From Bryobacteraceae bacterium (GTDB taxonomy: Bacteria; Acidobacteriota; Terriglobia; Bryobacterales; Bryobacteraceae): 64,000 nucleotides of DNA. The stretch spans positions 71,972 to 135,971 of the forward strand of contig JANRJO010000057.1 in assembly GCA_033763935.1 (NCBI GenBank), read 5' to 3'. Below, in pieces: positions 19,313 to 27,711 of this stretch. Position numbers and translations under genes: made by a program. The notes beneath the pieces were generated by a model. The model worked only from the letters and a program-made list of their open reading frames with translations, was not told where the DNA came from and searched no databases. Each line of letters starts with the position of its first letter. The first letter of the stretch is position 1.

Positions 19313-20749
19313 GGGATGCCTTTCGCCCGCTTTCCTTTCCGGCCGCGCACCACGGCCCTCGCCGCGCTGGTCTTGCCCCTGCCCCTCGCACTCACTTTGT
19401 TTGACCGGAACAAGCCCGAAGTGCACCGGGACGTGGTCGAGCATTTCAAGTACGGGTCGATCGGCGCCGAGGAACGCGCGGGGATTCCTCTCCACATTTG
19501 GGCGGTGCTGCCGGAGCTGTTTCCCCAACACCTGCCGAATCGTCCGGGAGAGGGTTATGAACGGTTTGGCTTCCTGTTCGAACCCGGCAAGACGCGGCCG
19601 GTGGGCACGAGCCTGCGGGAACGGCAGGTTCCGCTGGTCGGACTGAACTGCGCGGTCTGCCACACCGGACGGGTGCGCGATCAGGCGGGCTCCGCCCCGC
19701 GTTTCGTACTGGGGATGCCGTCGCACCAGTTCGACCTGCAGTCCTACCAGCGCTTCGTCTTCGCCTGCCTGCGCGATTCGCGCTTCACGCCCGACACGGT
19801 ATGGACGGCGATGGCGCGGCGCAATCCGCGCCTCTCCTGGCTCGACGGCCTCTTCTATCGCTGGTTCGTCATCCCTCGCACGAAGCAGGAGGGTGAACGT
19901 CTGGCCCGCGAGTTCGCCTGGTTTGACCGCGAGCCGCCGCACGGGCCCGGCCGCGTCAACACCTTCCAGCCGTACAAGGTGATGTTCGGGCTGAGTCTCG
20001 AGAATGACCTTGCGGCCGGCGCGGCGGATCTGCCGAGCCTGTGGAACCAGAAGATCCGCGACGGCCTGTGGCTGCATTGGGACGGCAACAACAATCTGGT
20101 CACCGAACGCAACAAAAGCGCAGCGATCGGAGCGGGCTGCTCGGAGTCGTCGCTCGACCTGCCCGCGATCAAGCGAGTGGAAGATTGGATCTGGACGCTT
20201 CCCGCGCCCCGGTTCCCAGCGGAGCGCATTCGTATGGACCGCGCGGCGCAGGGAGGAACGATCTATCAGCGGGAATGCGCCGCGTGTCACGAGCCGGGCG
20301 GCCCGCGCCTGGGGCAGACGGTGCCGCACGCGGAAGTCGGCACTGATCCGGGGCGGGAGATTTCGTTCACGGCGGAGCTGGCCTCGAAGATGAACACGTT
20401 GGGAACCGGGCGCCCCTGGAAGTTCCAGCGCTTCCGCAAGAGCGGCGGATATGCGGCCATGCCGCTCGACGGCGTCTGGCTCCGCGCCCCGTATCTGCAC
20501 AACGGAAGCGTGCCCACCTTACGTCATTTGCTCGAACCGCCGGAGCGCCGCCCGGCCCTGTTCTGGCGGGGTTACGACGCTTACGACTACAACGACGCCG
20601 GTTTCGTTTGGGCGGGTCCGGAGGCCGAGAAGGCCGGCTTCCGTTACGATACGTCCGTGCCGGGCAACGGGCGCGGCGGACACTTGTGGGGGACAACTCT
20701 CCCGCAGAATGAAAAAGAAGACCTGCTCGAGTATCTCAAGACGCTGTGA
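19313..20749 (+). CDS. secreted di-heme c-type cytochrome family protein
   Basis: Two CxxCH motifs (NCAVCHTG and CAACHEPG). Signal-like N-terminus (FRPRTTALAALVLPLPLALT). The opposite-strand ORF 19154..20500 is Arg-rich antisense noise. Confidence 0.65.
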   Translation, partial: GMPFARFPFRPRTTALAALVLPLPLALTLFDRNKPEVHRDVVEHFKYGSIGAEERAGIPLHIWAVLPELFPQHLPNRPGEGYERFGFLFEPGKTRPVGTSLRERQVPLVGLNCAVCHTGRVRDQAGSAPRFVLGMPSHQFDLQSYQRFVFACLRDSRFTPDTVWTAMARRNPRLSWLDGLFYRWFVIPRTKQEGERLAREFAWFDREPPHGPGRVNTFQPYKVMFGLSLENDLAAGAADLPSLWNQKIRDGLWLHWDGNNNLVTERNKSAAIGAGCSESSLDLPAIKRVEDWIWTLPAPRFPAERIRMDRAAQGGTIYQRECAACHEPGGPRLGQTVPHAEVGTDPGREISFTAELASKMNTLGTGRPWKFQRFRKSGGYAAMPLDGVWLRAPYLHNGSVPTLRHLLEPPERRPALFWRGYDAYDYNDAGFVWAGPEAEKAGFRYDTSVPGNGRGGHLWGTTLPQNEKEDLLEYLKTL

Positions 20750-20760
20750 GCGCGGGGCGA

Positions 20761-21594
20761 TCAGACCGCTACGCGCATCGCCTTCGGCGTTTCCATCGAG
20801 ACCACCTGGGCGGCTCGCACGCCCGGCCGGCCGCATGCGCAGGGCGAATGATCGAGCTGGAGCGACCAGCCGAGCGCCAGCCGGATCTGCGGCTGCCGCA
20901 GGTTCAGAAGGCTGGTGAACAAGGCCTCGGGCGGCGTGCGCGTATCGTCGAATTCCACGATGGCCTCGCGGCCGTCGAGGTGGAGGCCCTGGTGCGCCTC
21001 ACATTCCGCGGCCAGCAGTTCGCCGCCGGGGGCGCGCAGCTGCTCAAACACGGGTAGCTCGAAGGCCCGCCAGAGTTCGTCGCGTTCGCTGTCCGTCAGG
21101 CGTCCCTCTTCTAGGGTCCGGAAGACGATGATCGACTGGCGGAGCCCGTCGAGTTTTCGCCGTGAGAGCTGGCGCAGGACATCGAACGGCCCGGCGAGGG
21201 CTTCCGGCCGGAAGCCGTCGATGAGCGGGTCATCCGGAGAACCGAAGCAAGCGACCAGGGGCGAGGTCTCAACCGGCAGACCGAACACCGCGGCGCGGGT
21301 GGGGACCGGGAAGCCCGCGAGCAGGCGCGGTTGCTTCACGCGCTGCTCGTAGGGGTTCTTGAACTCGGAGGGGTGATGAGCCACCCAGTCGCGCTCGACG
21401 CGGGGAAAGCAGGCGAGCGCCTCGCGCTGGGACTGCAGGGGCCTCACGTGCCGTCCATCGAGGAGTCGCCCACCGGTAACCCAGGGGTGATAGAAGGGAG
21501 TGGCGGCGGCAGCGGCGACCACCCGCCGTAAGCGTGCGAGCGGCAGGTCCTGCTCGATCGCAGCGGGCGATTTCCAACGCAAGAAGATGCGCAC
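20761..21594 (-). CDS. hypothetical protein with weak PaaK/CapK-like N-terminal motif (no P-loop)
   Basis: Balanced composition. The L..L..V..A..TPFY motif resembles the vPFYr block of phenylacetate-CoA-ligase-like enzymes, but no SSGTTG P-loop. Start set at GTG 21594 to avoid a 95-bp overlap with the protease gene. Uncertain. Confidence 0.35.
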   Translation of the reverse strand: MRIFLRWKSPAAIEQDLPLARLRRVVAAAAATPFYHPWVTGGRLLDGRHVRPLQSQREALACFPRVERDWVAHHPSEFKNPYEQRVKQPRLLAGFPVPTRAAVFGLPVETSPLVACFGSPDDPLIDGFRPEALAGPFDVLRQLSRRKLDGLRQSIIVFRTLEEGRLTDSERDELWRAFELPVFEQLRAPGGELLAAECEAHQGLHLDGREAIVEFDDTRTPPEALFTSLLNLRQPQIRLALGWSLQLDHSPCACGRPGVRAAQVVSMETPKAMRVAV

Positions 21595-21682
21595 GTAGGG
21601 CCTCTTGCGATGTTGTGGAGTTTCTCCTCCGGTCCTCTCCCCCGGAATGACCGTACTACTTTCTGGGGGCGGCCACTGCCGC

Positions 21683-24157
21683 CTAGCGGACGGGGATATA
21701 CAACGGGAAGCTCGAGCGGCCGTCGACGGTGACGCGAATGGGTTGTTCGCCGGTCGGCACGGATTGCAAGAGCACAAAGGTCAGCATGGTAGACCCGAAC
21801 TGCTGGTTCGGTGAGATCACGAGCACTTGGTGTTCGACGTCCCCGACGAAGATGCGCAGACGGCTGCGGTCGGAGACGGGTCCGTTGGCGTCAATGATGT
21901 TGAACGACATGGCGCCCAGCGCCTCCCCACGGCGCGCGGGGCGGAACGGAGTGATCGCGGAGGAGCCTTCGGCCAACACGGATGCCAGCACAGGCGGCAG
22001 GACCGGCACCGGCGTCTCCACGTAGAGGAGAGTGGGCAAACTGGTTTCTGGGCCCGCGGTCAGGGAAACCACCGCCAGGCCGTTCCCGACGGACGGGACA
22101 GTGAAGGTCACCTGGTTGCCGTTCACCGAGCGGATCGACGCCGGCCGGCCGCCGACGGTGACGGAGACTCCGGTATTGGCGGGCAGGTTCTGGACGGTCA
22201 GGGTGACGGCGGACCCGGCGGGAACCGGATCGAGCACGGTGTGCGACAGCGAGATCTGCCGGGTGGCGGCCGGCTGCGTCGTGAAGGCGACTGGCGCCGA
22301 GGCTTGGCGGAGCCCGGTGCTGACGGTGACAGTGGTGGAGGTCTGCGCCGCGCCGGGGAGCACCGTGACCTCGGCGAGCAGACGCGTCGGGCTGAACACC
22401 CATAGGCGACGGACCAGAACGTCGCTCGAACCGAACCCGACGCGCGTCTCGCCTTGCACGAAGCCGGTGTTCACGCCGTTGATCTCGACGAAGGTCTCCA
22501 CGCCGGCGGGCAGCGCGGCGGGGGACAGCGTGAATGCGGTGACGGGCTCGCGTCCGTCCGCGGCGTTGTGGAAGGTCACCGCATCGCCGGTCAGGAAGAG
22601 CGAGCTTTGCCCATCGGGGTTGAGCGCGGTAAGGGCAGGACGGTGTTCAAAAGGGGTTGCGGGCGGCGTCACCCAGAGTCCGCCTTCGTCGGCGCGGCGG
22701 ATGGCGGCCGGCACTCCGTCAAATAGAATGCGGGTATTCGCCGAGAGGTTCTGCCCGGTGATGCGCACGCCTTCCGGCGTTGTAACTGCATTGGCAATGG
22801 AGGGAGGATCGCCGGCGGCGACGCGGTAGGCTGCGGGCAACAGATAGAGATCGGACGGCGTGGAGAGTACTAAGTGCCTCGGCCCCTCCGGCGCATTGCT
22901 GCTGAGTGCGAGGTCGGCCTGCACCCACCAGGCGGGATCGGAGGAGTACGAGCCGAGAGCGGCGACGGTGTCGATATTGTCGACGACGCGCGCTGAGAGA
23001 CCCGGAACCGGTGCGTTGTTTCGAGTGAGGTTGACGCCGGAGGCAATGACGCTTCCCCGCCCCGCGTTCCGGTTGAAGAATGCCGGTTTGACGGGATTGT
23101 TGCCGAAGAAGCTGTAGCTCTGCACGGCGTAGATCGGCCGGTCGTCAGAGCGCGGCTGCACCGAGACGTTGAGGTTTGAGATCGACGCTCCTGCCTGCAG
23201 GGTGACGGGGAACGAGTTGTTGAGGAACTGGGACTGGAAGTTGAGCGTGGGGTTCAGTCTTCCGCCCGGATCGCTCGGCAGAACGATGTTGGCCGGAGCG
23301 GCTTCGCCCTCAAGTGCCGGCGGCAGCGAATGCACGTAGAGCACATACGTTCCCGGCGGCAATCCCGCGAGCCGGAACGTTCCGTCAGGGTTAGTCAGGG
23401 TACTGACGGCAGGCCCGGTGGGATGGACGGCCACCACGGATCCCATATTCACGCCGGCGCCGTTCATGGTGACGCGCCCGGAGATGGCCGCCGTACCGGC
23501 CAGGTAAGTGCGCGTGGGATACAACAGAGACAGCCCGGCAATGTCGTCGGCCTCCAGCGGGCGCGCTTTCGTAACGCCGCGCGTGAGCTCCGTGGACATC
23601 GCCGCCGAGGTCAGTGTGTGCTGCAACCCGAGCGCGTGGCCGAACTCATGAACCACGGTGAGGAAGAAGCGCTCGGACCAGGACGGGCGCCGGCTGAGGT
23701 CGCGCGGCAACATGACCACGGAGCGGAGGATCGGCACGAACGTGGCATCATTCGAAACCGTGATGTCGCCTCGCGTGGTGGGACCGCCGAGCGCGACGAC
23801 GCCCGGAGGGATCTCGTCGCTGAAGACGACATCGATGCCCGGGGTGCTCTGGGGAGTGTTCGCAGCCGCCACCCCGCCGTACTGCAGCCGCAGGTCCGAC
23901 GTCTCGACGTCGTTCCAGACCCGCGCGGCGGCGCGAATCTGGCTCACGACGGCGGCATAGCTGTCGCCCTGGAAGTACCCAGTCGGCGACTGTTCGCCGA
24001 TGAAGAACTGAACCGTTCGATTGGGCAGCGCATTGAGGTCGAAGCGCTCGAACAGCGGCTGGTAGGGTGCTCCCGTGGAGTTGAAGCGAACGAAATGGTA
24101 ATAGCCGGACGCCGCCGTGGCGAGCAGAAGGGCGGCGACAACGCGGGCCGGTGTCAT
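21683..24157 (-). CDS. secreted metzincin-type zinc metalloprotease (matrixin/M10-like catalytic domain) with carboxypeptidase-regulatory-like and Ig-like repeats
   Basis: HEFGHALGLQH = HExxHxxGxxH. Signal peptide. Repeated GTYVLYV / FRLAGLPPGTYVL beta-sandwich modules. About 824 aa. Confidence 0.75.
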   Translation of the reverse strand: MTPARVVAALLLATAASGYYHFVRFNSTGAPYQPLFERFDLNALPNRTVQFFIGEQSPTGYFQGDSYAAVVSQIRAAARVWNDVETSDLRLQYGGVAAANTPQSTPGIDVVFSDEIPPGVVALGGPTTRGDITVSNDATFVPILRSVVMLPRDLSRRPSWSERFFLTVVHEFGHALGLQHTLTSAAMSTELTRGVTKARPLEADDIAGLSLLYPTRTYLAGTAAISGRVTMNGAGVNMGSVVAVHPTGPAVSTLTNPDGTFRLAGLPPGTYVLYVHSLPPALEGEAAPANIVLPSDPGGRLNPTLNFQSQFLNNSFPVTLQAGASISNLNVSVQPRSDDRPIYAVQSYSFFGNNPVKPAFFNRNAGRGSVIASGVNLTRNNAPVPGLSARVVDNIDTVAALGSYSSDPAWWVQADLALSSNAPEGPRHLVLSTPSDLYLLPAAYRVAAGDPPSIANAVTTPEGVRITGQNLSANTRILFDGVPAAIRRADEGGLWVTPPATPFEHRPALTALNPDGQSSLFLTGDAVTFHNAADGREPVTAFTLSPAALPAGVETFVEINGVNTGFVQGETRVGFGSSDVLVRRLWVFSPTRLLAEVTVLPGAAQTSTTVTVSTGLRQASAPVAFTTQPAATRQISLSHTVLDPVPAGSAVTLTVQNLPANTGVSVTVGGRPASIRSVNGNQVTFTVPSVGNGLAVVSLTAGPETSLPTLLYVETPVPVLPPVLASVLAEGSSAITPFRPARRGEALGAMSFNIIDANGPVSDRSRLRIFVGDVEHQVLVISPNQQFGSTMLTFVLLQSVPTGEQPIRVTVDGRSSFPLYIPVR

Positions 24158-24687
24158 CGCGGGGCCCCCGCCGCCGATACCGTCTGGCGCACGCGTTCGC
24201 GCAGCGCGTCGACCGTCATGCCCAGCGTCTCAGAACTCAATGGCCGGCCAGCGGCGTCGACGGCTTCAGACAGCCCCGCGTTCCGCTCCACGGTGAATCC
24301 GCCCTTGCCGTCGGACTTGAGATTGAGAGCGCCTTGGCTCAGTCCGATGACGTGCGTCCGTCCGGTTCTTGACTGCCACAGGAAGAGCACATACTCCTTG
24401 CCCGGCTCAAGGCGCGGCGCGCCGGAAAAGACCTGGCGCAGGCCGTTGGCCGCGCCGCCGGGCACGAGGACCTCGTTTAAGGCAGCGACGGGCCCTTTCC
24501 ACCGTTCGCTGACATCCAGGTTGTAACGCGTAAAGATGATGCGGCCGACGGGAACACCCGCCGCCGATCCGACTCGGGCCCGCACGATCGAGGTCGACCG
24601 CAGGATCATGTCGTCCAGGCTCATTCGCTCGAGCGTCGCTGCCGAAGCGGTAGCGGCGACGAGCGTCATGATAGCGGCGAGTCGCAT
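24154..24687 (-). CDS. small secreted hypothetical protein, translationally coupled to the metzincin gene
   Basis: Signal peptide MRLAAIMTLVAATASAA. Its stop TGA overlaps the protease ATG (ATGA at 24154..24157). Confidence 0.5.
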   Translation of the reverse strand: MRLAAIMTLVAATASAATLERMSLDDMILRSTSIVRARVGSAAGVPVGRIIFTRYNLDVSERWKGPVAALNEVLVPGGAANGLRQVFSGAPRLEPGKEYVLFLWQSRTGRTHVIGLSQGALNLKSDGKGGFTVERNAGLSEAVDAAGRPLSSETLGMTVDALRERVRQTVSAAGAPR

Positions 24688-24801
24688 GGAGTTCTGACTC
24701 CCGTACGAGCAACTGATCGGCCAACCAATCCCGTCTGATTATGGGACGTTTGCAGCCGGCACACCTTTGTAAGGTGTGTTACGCCGACACGCCTGACCCA
24801 C

Positions 24802-26694
24802 CTAATCGGGACTTCCGTCGCGAACGATGAGCAGGGGCATATCCAGCGCGTGACGTACTTCATTAATTGTAGCCCCGAAAACGATGTCCTGCAATCCTTT
24901 ATGCCCATGGGCACCCATCACAATGAGATCCGGCTTCAGCTCTCGGGCGAAGCGCACGATCTCATGGCTGGGCGTCTTGGCGTGGAGGACGACAAGTTCG
25001 CTGTCTACGCCCTGTTGGCTCAATGTCTGCTGAATGCCTTCGAAGTAGGCACGGCCGGCCTCGATCTCATGCGAGGCGGCCTGGGGTCCGTACCACTGGC
25101 TGGTGACGCCCTCCTCGATGTGCAGAAGATAGACACGGGCCCCGTGGGGCCGCGCCATGGCCACGGCGTGGTCCAGGGCCGCCGCGTCTCGGCTGGAGTG
25201 GTCCAGCGGCAGTAGAATCCGGCGATACCGGGGACCGGCCCCGGGAGCGGGCAGCGAGGGGAGCGCGGCGGGTCCGGGGGCGCTCCGCCTTAACCAGGCG
25301 GGAAGCCATGGATCGAGCGTGATGTAGCCGAGCAGCGCGGCAATTCCCCCGAGAACCGGCACGGCGACCAGCAGAACCAGCCAGCGGTAGTCGCCTGCGG
25401 CGCCGATCCACTCCGACAGCTTCCCGACCACGAGCCACAGGTTCAGCCCGACGATCACTGCGGCGGCGACCCAGGCGAGCACTTTCACCCAACGCGCGTT
25501 GGCGAAGGGGCCCATGCGCCGGCCGTCGCTGGTGAAGCGGATGAGCGGAATGACGGCGAAGGGCAACTGCAGGCTCAGCACCACCTGGCTCAGGATCAGG
25601 AGTTGGTAGGTTCCCTGTTCGCCGGCGGTGGTGATGGTAATGACGGCCGGAATCACGGCGACCAGGCGTGTGATCAGCCGCCGCAGCCAGGGGCGCATGC
25701 GGAAGTTGAGGAAGCCCTCCATGACGATTTGCCCCGCCATGGTGCCGGTGATTGTGGACGACTGGCCCGAAGCGAGCAGCGCGATGGCGAAGGCGGCGGA
25801 GGCGAGACCTGTGCCGAGCAGAGGCGCGAGCAGCAGGTGTGCCTCCTTGATCTCAGTGACGAGGATGCCGCGCTGAAAGAAGACCGAGCCGGCGAGCACG
25901 AGGATGGCCGCGTTCACCAGGAGTGCGCCGTTCAACGCGACCACGGAATCGATCAAGTTATACTTGCAAGCCTGTCGCTTAGACCGTTCATCGTTCTGGA
26001 CTTGCCGCGTCTGGACCAACGCCGAGTGGAGGTACAGGTTGTGCGGCATGACGGTGGCGCCCAGGATGCCGATGGCGACGTACAGGCTTTCCCGGTTGAT
26101 GCGCGGAACCAGCCCGGTCAGCACGTCGGAGAACACCGGCTGCGCCAGGACAATCTGCACCAGGAAGCAGACGCCGATGATCGTGACGAAGGCCAGAATG
26201 ATGCTCTCGAGGATGCGGATGCCGAAGCGCGTAAACCAGAGGATGAGCAGCGTGTCGGCCGCCATGAGCACTACGCCGGCCACGAGCGGCAGACCGAACA
26301 ACAGGTTCAGGCCGATGGCCGCGCCGAGCACTTCGGCGAGGTCGGTGGCGGCGATGGCGATCTCGCAGAGAATCCACAACGCCCAGGAGATCGGCCGGGG
26401 GTAGGCGTCGCGGCAGGCCTGCGCGAGGTCGCGGCCGGCGACGATGCCCAGACGCGCGGAGAGCGTCTGCAGCAGAATCGCCATGAGGTTGGACATGACC
26501 AACACCCACAGCAACTGATAACCGAACCGCGCGCCGCCCTCGAGATCGGTGGCCCAATTGCCCGGGTCCATGTAGCCCACCGACACCAGGTACGCCGGGC
26601 CGGCGAAGGCGAACATCCGCCGCCAGATGGAGGGCTGCGTGGTGGAGACGCTGGCGTGGATTTCCGGTAGCGAGGCAGCCGGGCGCTCAATCAT
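24802..26694 (-). CDS. mntH: Nramp-family divalent metal (Mn2+/Fe2+) transporter fused to a C-terminal universal stress protein (UspA) domain
   Basis: Nramp signature YMDPGNWATDLEGGARFGYQLLWV and about 11 TM helices. C-terminal about 150 aa is Usp-like (RILLPLDHS...VYLLHIEEG...DLIVMGAHGHKGLQDIVFGATINEVRHALDMPLLIV). Confidence 0.85.
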   Translation of the reverse strand: MIERPAASLPEIHASVSTTQPSIWRRMFAFAGPAYLVSVGYMDPGNWATDLEGGARFGYQLLWVLVMSNLMAILLQTLSARLGIVAGRDLAQACRDAYPRPISWALWILCEIAIAATDLAEVLGAAIGLNLLFGLPLVAGVVLMAADTLLILWFTRFGIRILESIILAFVTIIGVCFLVQIVLAQPVFSDVLTGLVPRINRESLYVAIGILGATVMPHNLYLHSALVQTRQVQNDERSKRQACKYNLIDSVVALNGALLVNAAILVLAGSVFFQRGILVTEIKEAHLLLAPLLGTGLASAAFAIALLASGQSSTITGTMAGQIVMEGFLNFRMRPWLRRLITRLVAVIPAVITITTAGEQGTYQLLILSQVVLSLQLPFAVIPLIRFTSDGRRMGPFANARWVKVLAWVAAAVIVGLNLWLVVGKLSEWIGAAGDYRWLVLLVAVPVLGGIAALLGYITLDPWLPAWLRRSAPGPAALPSLPAPGAGPRYRRILLPLDHSSRDAAALDHAVAMARPHGARVYLLHIEEGVTSQWYGPQAASHEIEAGRAYFEGIQQTLSQQGVDSELVVLHAKTPSHEIVRFARELKPDLIVMGAHGHKGLQDIVFGATINEVRHALDMPLLIVRDGSPD

Positions 26695-26712
26695 GGTTAC
26701 TCTTAGCTCGTT

Positions 26713-26722
26713 AACTATAGTT
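26713..26722. promoter_or_regulatory. perfect 10-bp palindrome AACTATAGTT in the AT-rich Nramp promoter region (candidate metalloregulator operator)
   Basis: Seen directly, about 20 bp upstream of the mntH start, embedded in gttaactatagtttattag. Confidence 0.3.
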
Positions 26723-26754
26723 TATTAGGGTGCCCGCCGTCAAGGATCGTGCTG

Positions 26755-27711
26755 TCACAGGAAAAAGACCCGGTAGCGAACCGCCCCGGCGAGGCGCCAG
26801 AAGATGGCCGCAGGTGGGATCAGCAGGGACGTCACGACCATCTCCGCAATGTGAGAGAGCGACTTTGAGGTATCGGCCAGCCGCCGGGCGCAGAAAACGC
26901 TGACTGCCAGCAGCCAGACGATGAGGCCGGCGTGAAAGAGGCTCTCGGCGCCCCGCGCGGCGGCGCCGAGCGAAACAGCAAGCGAACCCAGCATGGCGTA
27001 ATGCAGCCAGGGCGGGCGGCTCTGCACGTACTGACGGTAGAGCTGCGGATGCTTCTTATACAGCAGCGCGTTGAAGAGGTTCTTGCGCTGCTCCAGAAGG
27101 CTGACGCCCCAGGGTGCGGGACGGATGGGATGGACGACGATGGCGAGGGGCGCTTCGCAGCAAACGCCGCCCGCCGCGAGGAGGCGAAAGTGGAGATCGC
27201 TATCCTCGCGCCAGGCGATGGTGAAGTGTTCATCGAAGCCGCCGACCTTCTGGAGCGCCGCGCGGCGGTAGAAGCAATTGGCGGTGACGAAGGCGGCGTC
27301 AGCGAGACGGGCTGCGTTCCTCTGGTAATCCGTGGGTATTTCGGGCAGGGGCAGGATGACGCGGCCCGAGGCGCCATCGGCATCGAGCAGCGCTCTGAGT
27401 CCTTCGGCCAGCCAGTGCTCGTGCGGGATGCAGTCGTCGTCGGTGAAGGCGATCACCTCCGCACTCGCCGCACGCCAGCCGGCAGTACGGGCCGCTGCCG
27501 GACCTCGCTGCCGGCCCCGCACGTATTGCAACCGGATCTTGTGGTTTGCGGCGAAGCGGGCCATCAGGCGCTGCACCGCCGCCTCGGCGCCGTCGTCGAC
27601 CACGACGACTTCGAAGTCCTCGGGGGGCATGCGTTGGTACATGAGGGCCGTGAGACAACGCTCGAGCAGCTTGGCGCGTCGGTAGGTCGGCACCACCACG
27701 GAGCACTTCAT
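26755..27711 (-). CDS. family 2 glycosyltransferase with C-terminal TM segments
   Basis: MKCSVVVPTYRR...VVVVDDG...FTDDDC (GT-A DxD context). ATG overlaps the upstream carbamoyltransferase stop (ATGA). The track N-terminal extension is spurious. Confidence 0.8.
   Translation of the reverse strand: MKCSVVVPTYRRAKLLERCLTALMYQRMPPEDFEVVVVDDGAEAAVQRLMARFAANHKIRLQYVRGRQRGPAAARTAGWRAASAEVIAFTDDDCIPHEHWLAEGLRALLDADGASGRVILPLPEIPTDYQRNAARLADAAFVTANCFYRRAALQKVGGFDEHFTIAWREDSDLHFRLLAAGGVCCEAPLAIVVHPIRPAPWGVSLLEQRKNLFNALLYKKHPQLYRQYVQSRPPWLHYAMLGSLAVSLGAAARGAESLFHAGLIVWLLAVSVFCARRLADTSKSLSHIAEMVVTSLLIPPAAIFWRLAGAVRYRVFFL

Noticed and set aside
19154-20500. 448-aa minus-strand ORF overlapping the cytochrome c gene
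   Set aside because: Arg-rich with no motifs. The plus strand carries a signal peptide and two CxxCH motifs.
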